From a virus (Duplodnaviria; Caudoviricetes): DNA of 64,000 nucleotides. Numbering within the stretch: the stretch's first letter is position 1; each line of letters starts with the position of its first letter. The stretch spans positions 1-64,000 of the IMG/VR virus record IMGVR_UViG_2667527676_000002; one strand, 5' to 3'. Shown here in pieces: positions 38,057 through 45,750 of the stretch. The notes beneath the pieces are model-generated. The model searched no databases. It was not told the DNA's origin and saw only the letters and a program-made list of their open reading frames with translations. The position numbers were made by a program, and so were the translations under genes.

Positions 38057-38221
38057 ATGCCCGAAAACCCCGAAAAACGCACCGATAAAGCGCACACAAA
38101 AGACCTGATGAATCAAGCCTCAACGCCAGCAATGACGCGCCCTACACTGTCCCGCCGCTTTTCCGTTGCGCCGATGATGGATCGGTCAAACTATAAAAAA
38201 TTACCTAATAAAATCATATAG
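38057..38221 (+). pseudogene. dusA: Phage-supplied 5' fragment of tRNA-dihydrouridine synthase A, truncated at att
   Basis: Encodes SRRFSVAPMMD (DusA N-terminal signature), then diverges into AT-rich sequence and stops. Confidence 0.85.
38150..38185. other. att core, hybrid junction between prophages 1 and 2
   Basis: dusA homology ends at GATGATGGA; abrupt GC drop; arm-like repeats on both sides. Confidence 0.8.
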
Positions 38222-38312
38222 ATACGAAATAAACTCAATTTGCTGTAGCAAATCCGTAGCAAAGTCATCCTAGCCGCGGATCTCCTATAGGCCCTTTCAC
38301 TAGCACCAGCGG

Positions 38313-38696
38313 CTAGCGGGGCGGATAGGTCAATACCGCCAACGCCAGTTGCAGATCACTGTAGCGCGCAAGCTCGGCGCGCTGGCGCAAGGTGTCCAGC
38401 ACCGATTGCAGCATCGCACCGCGGATCGCGCCGTTGCTAGCGATGAAAGCGGCCGCATCGTCATGCGCCAGCTTGAGCTTCCGGTCGTAGCTGCTGATTT
38501 CCTTGGATACGTCTCCAGAGAGTTCTGTACCTTCTCTTGGGTCGCTGGTGCCGATGGTCGTTGTCGCCAGCAATATCGAACTGTAGAAACTGCTGGCAAT
38601 AACGGGGTGGTCCTGCCTATCCCGCGTTAGGTCAATCCCGGCGTGGACAGGCAGGCATACCAGTAGTTTGACCAGCAGCAAGAGCTTGGATGACAT
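38313..38696 (-). CDS. DUF2388 family exported protein
   Basis: Signal peptide; AHDDAAAFIASNGAIRGAML...SDLQLALAVL. Confidence 0.78.
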   Translation of the reverse strand: MSSKLLLLVKLLVCLPVHAGIDLTRDRQDHPVIASSFYSSILLATTTIGTSDPREGTELSGDVSKEISSYDRKLKLAHDDAAAFIASNGAIRGAMLQSVLDTLRQRAELARYSDLQLALAVLTYPPR

Positions 38697-38788
38697 GAAA
38701 AGCCCCGATTGAATGCCATCCTTTCGTTGCCATCTTTGGCCAGGCATAGTGATATCGCAGCTTTCCGCCCTAGCGCTTGCTGCCGCCA

Positions 38789-39136
38789 TCACTGCATCTC
38801 ACTACGCGCCAATAGTCCGGTAGCAAAGGAGCTCAGTTCCAGCCTGGGTTCAGGAGTGTCGGCTTGATATTTCCTCCAGGCGCGCTCCAGTTGCACGCCG
38901 TAGATTGCTCCTTCTGAGGCTACAAATGCTGCCGCGTCCTCGCGGGCATAGGCATAGCTGTTGTGCCCGAAATGATCGCTTGTGTGGCCGGTTGCTGAAG
39001 TGCCCATTACAGTGAGAATGACGGTGCCACGGGCAAGCTCCTCCAATCCGTCCGAGACCTCGGCGGCGACGCATATCTGACAGGAAAATACGATGTGGAA
39101 GAGCCAGATGCGGCCCCGACGTTTTTTCGTTTCCAT
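38789..39136 (-). CDS. DUF2388 family exported protein (paralog)
   Basis: AREDAAAFVASEGAIYGVQLERA. Confidence 0.72.
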   Translation of the reverse strand: METKKRRGRIWLFHIVFSCQICVAAEVSDGLEELARGTVILTVMGTSATGHTSDHFGHNSYAYAREDAAAFVASEGAIYGVQLERAWRKYQADTPEPRLELSSFATGLLARSEMQ

Positions 39137-39265
39137 AACTTGAACATCCTCTGTTCGTCATCGGCTATACACCGCTTGTCCATTACCAGACGGCCAAGCC
39201 GGGGGCAGGGTCTTGGGCTGACGTAGCGTTTTTCAATACCATCACTTCGGCCGGCCTGCGCGCCA

Positions 39266-39511
39266 TCATTCACCTGCTTTTGAGAACTTGTCCCGTCGAA
39301 AAAAAAGGTCAACCCCGAGGATGCCAAGGCAAATCCCCAAGATATCAAGACCAAAGCCTGCCAACTTGACCGAGGAGAATCGAAGAATAAGCACCCAAGC
39401 CGCAACAAACACAGCGATCCCAAGCCACTTACGGACCTCCCTGTTGCGCACTAGGTGACCGACTGCAACAATGACTACAGTCCAGATGGCAAACTGGATG
39501 ACATCATTCAT
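39266..39511 (-). CDS. Small 3-TM membrane protein (81 aa)
   Basis: Three hydrophobic helices; ATGA coupling to the upstream gene. Confidence 0.75.
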   Translation of the reverse strand: MNDVIQFAIWTVVIVAVGHLVRNREVRKWLGIAVFVAAWVLILRFSSVKLAGFGLDILGICLGILGVDLFFRRDKFSKAGE

Positions 39512-39996
39512 GCAGGTTCTCCAGCACTCTGGACGATCTCCGACTTGACAGAATGCTGGGGCCCGATCCCGCCGGACACCTCCCCTTCAACGCAGATAAT
39601 GACGTCTCCAGCGTGGTAGGTCGGCAAGGTCTGCTGAGTAGCCCAACGAACTGCGAGGCCGCTGCCAACCCCAACAAAAGTGTTGATGCGTTTACCGGCG
39701 ACACCCGCAAGCATACCGACCATACCAGCAACGGTGACGCGCTGCTGGTTCAGAGAGTCAGCCTGAGATCGGGTCAAGGGCAGCGAGACAAAGACTCTCA
39801 GTACGCAAGGTCGATCCTTCGCCTGCATCCTGTCGAAAATCTCAACCGCAAGATCAGCCACTGCATGGCTGGCCTTCGCTGATGAACAGTATTTCATGTG
39901 AAGCAGCCGGCTGCGCTCCGCCCACGCGAGACGAATGATCGCCAAGCTGAAGTTGATGCCGTGCTGGCTGTGAATGTGCGTCCGTTCGATATCCAT
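39508..39996 (-). CDS. Hypothetical protein with glycine-zipper-like segment
   Basis: GGAAGGA RBS; VAGMVGMLAGVAG...VGVGSGLAV. Confidence 0.7.
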   Translation of the reverse strand: MDIERTHIHSQHGINFSLAIIRLAWAERSRLLHMKYCSSAKASHAVADLAVEIFDRMQAKDRPCVLRVFVSLPLTRSQADSLNQQRVTVAGMVGMLAGVAGKRINTFVGVGSGLAVRWATQQTLPTYHAGDVIICVEGEVSGGIGPQHSVKSEIVQSAGEPA

Positions 39997-40100
39997 AGCG
40001 TTCCTTCCGTGCTTCGAGCGCGCAGTTTCGATAGCCAGAAACACCACAACCACTAGCAGAACAGCTAGCTCTCAACATCCACGCCCAGACGGAGTTAGAC

Positions 40101-40364
40101 TCAGCGCTCCGCCTCATAGGCAGCAACGCCCGTCCCTATGGCACGCCACTCATTCTGCGGCATGCGCGCGTCGCAGATGAATACCTCGACTTCGCCGCTT
40201 TCCTTCGGCTCCGCCGGCCGGATCGCTGCATGCCGGAGAATCGTCTGCATGTCTGGGACGTAGCTGCTCTCCGAGCCGTGGAATGACCAGATGCCAAACT
40301 TCCCTGCTCCACCCACCTGGTGGTCGAGTTTCACCGACCAGCCCTTGAATCGAATGACCAGCAT
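40101..40364 (-). CDS. Hypothetical protein (87 aa)
   Basis: GGAG RBS; directly downstream of the spanin. Confidence 0.7.
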   Translation of the reverse strand: MLVIRFKGWSVKLDHQVGGAGKFGIWSFHGSESSYVPDMQTILRHAAIRPAEPKESGEVEVFICDARMPQNEWRAIGTGVAAYEAER

Positions 40365-40399
40365 CGCCCTGCTCCGTAGGAAAAGGTTGTAGTCTACTC

Positions 40400-40663
40400 C
40401 TAATTCTGACAGGCCCTGTTGGCAGCCAGCAGTTGGGCTTCATACCCGATCCGCTGCCGCCGCTCGGCCAGCAGCGCGCGGACCTTGGTCTGTAGGTCGT
40501 CGCTCTTCTTCAGCCCAGCCGCTGCCCAGGCCGGCACCTCGACCGCGGGCGCTCGGCACGGCACCGCCACCGGAACTTCTACGCGCACCGTGCGCGGCTC
40601 GGCTTCCTGCCGGCCGGCGCATCCCACCAGCGCGACAATCATCAGCATCAGCACCACCCTCAT
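40400..40663 (-). CDS. o-spanin (Rz1-like lipoprotein)
   Basis: ALVGC lipobox; paralog of 1812-2075. Confidence 0.8.
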   Translation of the reverse strand: MRVVLMLMIVALVGCAGRQEAEPRTVRVEVPVAVPCRAPAVEVPAWAAAGLKKSDDLQTKVRALLAERRQRIGYEAQLLAANRACQN

Positions 40664-41028
40664 AGACCCAGCTCCTGATCGATGACCGCCTCGGCGGCCG
40701 CACACTGCTCACCGGCGGTTCGCTGACTCAGCAGGCGTTGGGCTCCGGCATACTGCTCCGCGGCCTGCTGCCGCCCCCGATCCACAGCTTGCGCGGCATC
40801 CCGGGCGCGCTGCTCGCCGGCCAGGCGGAGCGCGGCAACCTGCCGGACCTGCTCCGCCACTGCGGACTCCAACTCTCCCCGGGAGGCACGGCAGGCGACC
40901 AGATCCGCCAGCGCAGCATCGAGCTGCGGCCGGTAATGACGTGCGCTGAGCCAGACACCGCCGGCGGCGCCGAGGCCAAGCAGTAGCAGGCAGGCCAGCG
41001 CGACCGATAAAGCACGGGCGGAGATCAC
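40660..41028 (-). CDS. i-spanin (Rz-like)
   Basis: TM helix plus coil; paralog of 2072-2434. Confidence 0.8.
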   Translation of the reverse strand: MISARALSVALACLLLLGLGAAGGVWLSARHYRPQLDAALADLVACRASRGELESAVAEQVRQVAALRLAGEQRARDAAQAVDRGRQQAAEQYAGAQRLLSQRTAGEQCAAAEAVIDQELGL

Positions 41029-41654
41029 GACAGCACCCTCTTCGCCCGCTCCCACAGCGCCAGGCGCTCCGCCTGGCCGTTGAGCCCACCGTTGATGCGC
41101 CGAGTGATGGCGGCGAACTCGCCGCGGTCGGCTAGGTCGTTCAAGCCGTGATTGGCCCACCACCAGGCGGCAGACAGCGCCGCCCACTCCGGTTGCTCAA
41201 GCAGTTCCGGCTCCGCTTCCAGCGGCTGGCCCAGCCCGGTGCCGGCGGCGCGGTAGTTCGACCGGCCGGTGATCTGCAGCAGCCCGCGCCCGCGGTAGCA
41301 CCAGCCATCGCCGGACGCCTCGTCGCCGTTCCCGTTGCGCGAGGCATAGGCGTTGTTGGCGATAGCCCGGGGTTTCCGCGCCAGGCGCTGCGCCAGGGCG
41401 TTGGGCTGGCCGTCGGCGCCGAGGTATCGGCTCGGCCAGGTCGCCGCCAAGCCGCGCGCGCTGTAGTTGAGGTTTTCCACCAGCCGGGTCAACTGGCCGC
41501 TTTCGTGGCCGACCTGGGCGAGGAACGCGGCGACCCGCACCGGCGACGTGATACCGAACCGGGTCATCCCGCGGTTCAGCGCTCCAACAAAAACGCCGGC
41601 TCGAGGGCCGGCGTTCGGGAGGATATGCAGCAGTTGCTGCTCGGTGATGGGCAT
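41025..41654 (-). CDS. Endolysin, GH19
   Basis: AFLAQVGHES, YRGRGLLQITGRSNY. Confidence 0.93.
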   Translation of the reverse strand: MPITEQQLLHILPNAGPRAGVFVGALNRGMTRFGITSPVRVAAFLAQVGHESGQLTRLVENLNYSARGLAATWPSRYLGADGQPNALAQRLARKPRAIANNAYASRNGNGDEASGDGWCYRGRGLLQITGRSNYRAAGTGLGQPLEAEPELLEQPEWAALSAAWWWANHGLNDLADRGEFAAITRRINGGLNGQAERLALWERAKRVLS

Positions 41655-41713
41655 AGACAACCTCACTTCAGGTAGAATTCTGCCGCCTTGTAACTATGGA
41701 TGAATGCAAGCCA

Positions 41714-43357
41714 ATGAAACGCTCCGCCTCGTTAATTGCTTTTCTGCTCCTATCAGCCTCCCTGCACGCCGCTGAACACCCTCAAAAGTCTCTTGCCGCG
41801 AGATCAGCGGTAGAGCTAGCGCCATTCCAGTGGTCTTGGATGGATCCTGTCTCATACGATGAAGCAGGTCTTCAAAAAACGGCGGCCAAAAAAGATCCGC
41901 TTCGACCATTCTTCTTAGCGTTCAGACTTCTTGTGGAGCACGAAAAAACCGGGGAAGAAAAAAGTCTGACCAGTGCAAAGAGAGTACTGGACTTCATGCT
42001 TGATGAATATCAGCCAGCAACTAGAGAGGCAGATGGGACTCGATGGTTCTATGGCTTTGACTATGACCGAGGCATCAAGGCGCCTTGGTGGTCAGGAATG
42101 GATGGCTTCTTCGGACCAATGACACTGTTTGCAGGGTGGCAAGCCACTGGTGAAGAGCGCTATCGAGAAGCCGCATTGAAAAGCGCGAAACTCATGATTC
42201 GACAGCCAACCGAAGGCGGATCTCTTTGGAGAGATGGTGACTCCTGCTGGATTTCAGAATACTCCTGGAATGGGATAACTAGGGATAAAGAGTACCATGT
42301 GCTAAATGGCCACCTTTGGGGGCTTCAGGCGCTCTATATGCTAGCAGAAGCATCTGGTGATAAAGCCCTAAACGAAGCATACCAATGCGCGCGCAAGGGT
42401 ACGCTTGACAGACTCCCGGAGTTCTATAACTCGACAGGAAGTTGGACTTGGTACCAGCTTGTCCCAAAGGTTATAAACCCAACACACTATAACATATTAG
42501 AAACCGCACAGTTCAGAGCGCTGCATGCAATAACCAGAGACAACGCTTATAAAGACCCGGAACAGCGCAGAATCGCGGCATTTCAAAAAGCATATCCTCT
42601 ATACTTAATCGAAACAAAAAAAGGACTTGAAATACAGTTCTCAATGATGGGGGCGCCAAATGCTTACTGGACAGATACTTACCCGGTTACAGTAAGCTGT
42701 ACTGTTGGAAACAAAACCGTAAGCCAAACCAACAAAGACGCCTACAGCACCAAACCAATTCATGAACGGATGATATTACGACTTCCAGTCAATAAAGTTC
42801 CGAAAAAGTGCTCAGTATCCGTGAAAAGCAGCATGGATATCGCCATGTACACTCAAAGTAAGTTCAAAACGATCAAATCACCAGTTGAAGATTTTGTAAA
42901 ACTCACACCATTACCATCTATGCAAGCCTCAAGTCTTCAAGAAGGAATTATACACATCACCACAGAGAAAGGTGATACCGCAAAGCCCGGTGAGGGAAGA
43001 GTCATGTTTGATGTAAACCGAGATCTATCAGAGTCAGAAATGATTGGCATGGTAATACATACAACTGAGGACTCTCAGCTAGGAATTGTTCTTGATGGCG
43101 CAAACGAAAAACGGGCAAGCAGCTACTACCCCGTAATAAAGTCAGGAAAAGACAATATAGTAATCTTCAACAAGCTTGGATTTGATAAAGGCTCAGAGCT
43201 AGAAGGCCACATAGCTAAAATTATGCTTAGGTTCTATACAAAACCTAACGAAAGGGACAGAGACATAGAAATCAAGGAAGTATCAGTTATCAGAAATACT
43301 GCAAACCTTGAAGATTTCTTAAGACGCAACCAGTCAGCAAATTTCCATCAGCAGTAA
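41714..43357 (+). CDS. Secreted D-glucuronyl C5-epimerase-like protein (moron)
   Basis: Signal peptide MKRSASLIAFLLLSASLHA; APWWSGM, ISEYS, HVLNGHLWGLQALY, WTWYQL, HYNI motifs; low GC. Confidence 0.75.
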   Translation: MKRSASLIAFLLLSASLHAAEHPQKSLAARSAVELAPFQWSWMDPVSYDEAGLQKTAAKKDPLRPFFLAFRLLVEHEKTGEEKSLTSAKRVLDFMLDEYQPATREADGTRWFYGFDYDRGIKAPWWSGMDGFFGPMTLFAGWQATGEERYREAALKSAKLMIRQPTEGGSLWRDGDSCWISEYSWNGITRDKEYHVLNGHLWGLQALYMLAEASGDKALNEAYQCARKGTLDRLPEFYNSTGSWTWYQLVPKVINPTHYNILETAQFRALHAITRDNAYKDPEQRRIAAFQKAYPLYLIETKKGLEIQFSMMGAPNAYWTDTYPVTVSCTVGNKTVSQTNKDAYSTKPIHERMILRLPVNKVPKKCSVSVKSSMDIAMYTQSKFKTIKSPVEDFVKLTPLPSMQASSLQEGIIHITTEKGDTAKPGEGRVMFDVNRDLSESEMIGMVIHTTEDSQLGIVLDGANEKRASSYYPVIKSGKDNIVIFNKLGFDKGSELEGHIAKIMLRFYTKPNERDRDIEIKEVSVIRNTANLEDFLRRNQSANFHQQ

Positions 43358-43396
43358 AAAAATCGGCGCATATTCAATTACCGCATATGCGCCGAT
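43356..43396. terminator. Terminator between the moron and the tail operon
   Basis: Perfect 12-bp stem ATCGGCGCATAT/ATATGCGCCGAT with a T6 run on the minus strand. Confidence 0.7.
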
Positions 43397-43419
43397 AATA
43401 TTCTATATCTCCCTGATTC

Positions 43420-43659
43420 CTACGCGCCGCCCGTCTCCGGCAGCGGATACCTGGCCTTGATCTCCTCGACCTTGGCGACCCAGGCGCTGTAGTCCGGTTC
43501 CACGCCGGCCTTGATAGCGTCGAACTCGGCCTCGGTCTTGAGCGGGTCACTCTCCAGGCGGTAGGCATTTGCCCGCGCGACGGCTGCGGCATCGTACTCA
43601 GCCTGCCAGCGTTCTTGCGCCTGCTGTTCAGCGGTTTTTACCTTGCTCCAGTCGATCAT
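43420..43659 (-). CDS. Tail fibre assembly-type protein
   Basis: MIDWSKVKT...EIKARYP; F-pyocin-like. Confidence 0.7.
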   Translation of the reverse strand: MIDWSKVKTAEQQAQERWQAEYDAAAVARANAYRLESDPLKTEAEFDAIKAGVEPDYSAWVAKVEEIKARYPLPETGGA

Positions 43660-43958
43660 CGCGGTAACTCCACAGGTCCATCGGTATCGATCAGCAACGG
43701 CTCAGGGAAACGGGCGGCGGCACTGGCATCATCAGCCAGCGGGAACCGCAGGATCAGCTCCAACTGGCCGGCACGTCGCAGTACAGGACCAGCGAACCAC
43801 TCCGACCCGATAGCCTCGGCCGGCAACTCTCCGCCCTCCGAGAGCGGTGTGAAGTCGAACGCCTGGCCATTCACGATGAGCACATCGCCATCTCTGCTCA
43901 GTGACAGGTGTTCATTGCTGCCGGGGAGCGGCAAATACGGAGAAAGAGTGATGATCAT
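43656..43958 (-). CDS. Tail fibre accessory protein
   Basis: MIITLSP...GDVLIVNGQAFDFTPL. Confidence 0.7.
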   Translation of the reverse strand: MIITLSPYLPLPGSNEHLSLSRDGDVLIVNGQAFDFTPLSEGGELPAEAIGSEWFAGPVLRRAGQLELILRFPLADDASAAARFPEPLLIDTDGPVELPR

Positions 43959-44767
43959 CAGAACCACCTCCCGATGGCGACGACCCTGTTATTCCTAGTC
44001 TGAGCGCCTGATGTGAATGATGCCGACGATATGCAGAAGAACCCCACCCCAGCCGTACCCGCGGATGGATTGAAGTAGGTCGCTCCCTGGTTTCTCGCCG
44101 ACACGCCAGAGTCATAGTCTCCACCAGCACCAGAAGCGGAGACAGCCCCAGCGATGGGGTACGAGGAACTAAAGCTCGCCGGGTACGACCAGTTCGCACC
44201 GACCGACGTGACCCCAGCGGTGAAGGTGAGAGTGTTCGTCCAACAAATCTGCGTCCCATCCGCGAACCGCACATACTCCCCGTTCGCGTTACTCCCGCGA
44301 TCAATCACCGCACCGGTCGGTACGCCGCTCGACTGCGAAACGGCGCCGAGGATGCTGTCTCGCGAATACAGCGCGCCCGAACTACCGAGCGCTTCGCGGA
44401 CAGCCGCACTGCCGAGGCCGAGATCCCCCCGCGCTGCCGCCGCATTTGCAGAGAGCGCCCAGGGCTTAATCCCCGCCAGGGTTGCCCCCCACTGGCTGGC
44501 GATCAGGTTGAATCGATCCGACAGGTCCTTGTCGTAGCCCAGGATCGGCGCCACCGCATAGGCCTGGCCGCTGGCCGTGCTGCCCTGGTAGTTGGGCTTG
44601 ATCGAGATGACCGTCGAACTGGCGACGTTTGTGACCTCGTACCAACGTCCATCGGGTCCGCGAAATGCGTCGCCGACTCGGGCATTGGACGAGAACTGTG
44701 TGCCGGTACCGGTAACGGTCGGGCTATTTGCGGTCACCGCCACGGTTCCGGTTGAGTACCACGCCAT
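43958..44767 (-). CDS. Tail fibre protein
   Basis: MAWYSTGTVAVT..VTGTGT N-terminus; NGEYVRFADGTQICW...AIGRWF C-terminus. Confidence 0.88.
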   Translation of the reverse strand: MAWYSTGTVAVTANSPTVTGTGTQFSSNARVGDAFRGPDGRWYEVTNVASSTVISIKPNYQGSTASGQAYAVAPILGYDKDLSDRFNLIASQWGATLAGIKPWALSANAAAARGDLGLGSAAVREALGSSGALYSRDSILGAVSQSSGVPTGAVIDRGSNANGEYVRFADGTQICWTNTLTFTAGVTSVGANWSYPASFSSSYPIAGAVSASGAGGDYDSGVSARNQGATYFNPSAGTAGVGFFCISSASFTSGAQTRNNRVVAIGRWF

Positions 44768-44779
44768 AGAGTTCTCCTG

Positions 44780-45466
44780 CTATGCAATGGCCAGAAGAGG
44801 CCATGGGAAAGGTGTTCGTATTGCGTCTTGCCCAGGTCCGCCGACTTGAACAGTTGCTACGACAGTGTTTCGGGCCGAAGTAACAAACCCAATGGAGCAC
44901 TCTCCAGTATCACCTTGGGGCGGTTGCGCCTGTACATTGAAATGACTAACCAGAAAATACCCATCGGTCCCATGCGGCCACGGCGCTGACCATGAATGCA
45001 ACGTGTAGTACCCAAGATAATTGCCATTCGTGCCGTAATAATTCAGCAGCTGGGTACCACTTATGAACCGAACAAGATCCCTATTACTGTCAAATACCAC
45101 TCTCGACTGATTGTCAAATATTTGCATCCCCCATCCGCCAGTTTTCGGCATGAACACCGCGCATGCCTTCCACTTCCCTCCCAGTACGACACCGCTTGTG
45201 TCTTGAAACACCTTCACGTAGAAGCTGAAACCCGTCCAGTTCCCAGACGAACCAGCATGTTGGAACATCGTTATGTGATGCGAACCATTAGGGCAAAAGA
45301 AAACGAACGGCGGGAACGGGCTCTGCACCGGAGATGGGTACGAGACGTTGATGATCTGGGCATTAGTGGCTGGGTAGGTACCAGACGCAACCAGATGCAG
45401 ACAAGGGTGGTCCTGATCGATTATCACCTGACCGGCATTCCCAACAAATTTCGCACCGAAACTCAT
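44780..45466 (-). CDS. Tail-tip accessory protein
   Basis: Follows J; WGMQIFD..VVFDS; lower GC. Confidence 0.7.
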   Translation of the reverse strand: MSFGAKFVGNAGQVIIDQDHPCLHLVASGTYPATNAQIINVSYPSPVQSPFPPFVFFCPNGSHHITMFQHAGSSGNWTGFSFYVKVFQDTSGVVLGGKWKACAVFMPKTGGWGMQIFDNQSRVVFDSNRDLVRFISGTQLLNYYGTNGNYLGYYTLHSWSAPWPHGTDGYFLVSHFNVQAQPPQGDTGECSIGFVTSARNTVVATVQVGGPGQDAIRTPFPWPLLAIA

Positions 45467-45750
45467 GAGAACATCACCGCATATAGAGTGTAATTCGCTG
45501 TTACATCACCGGACCAACCAAACGTAATAGTCGAGCCGCTAATGGTATGCCTGGGAATCCAAGATCTAGAATCCGGCGTATTGCAGACGACAAACATGAC
45601 ACCTTTAGAACCGTCGAACCCAGGGACCGTAACTGAAAGTCCCTGAGGAATGTTCCCCAAGTCCCGACGATAGACCATCCTCAATGAGTAATTGTTGCTG
45701 TCAAAGAGTATTGAGCCGCCGGCCGAACGCGTTCTCATTCCGTAACTCAT
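45463..45750 (-). CDS. Small tail-tip accessory protein
   Basis: MSYGMRTR..ILFDS; coupled to J. Confidence 0.7.
   Translation of the reverse strand: MSYGMRTRSAGGSILFDSNNYSLRMVYRRDLGNIPQGLSVTVPGFDGSKGVMFVVCNTPDSRSWIPRHTISGSTITFGWSGDVTANYTLYAVMFS

Larger units (their letters stand above)
1..38185. mobile_element. Prophage 1 (lambda-like head, VapE replication, dusA-integrating); left end lies outside the window
   Basis: Contiguous lysis-tail-head-packaging-replication-immunity-integrase modules ending at a dusA att core. Confidence 0.93.

Noticed and set aside
43958-44767. Diversity-generating retroelement or invertible tail-fibre cassette
   Set aside because: No reverse transcriptase, invertase or template/variable repeat pair seen in the window
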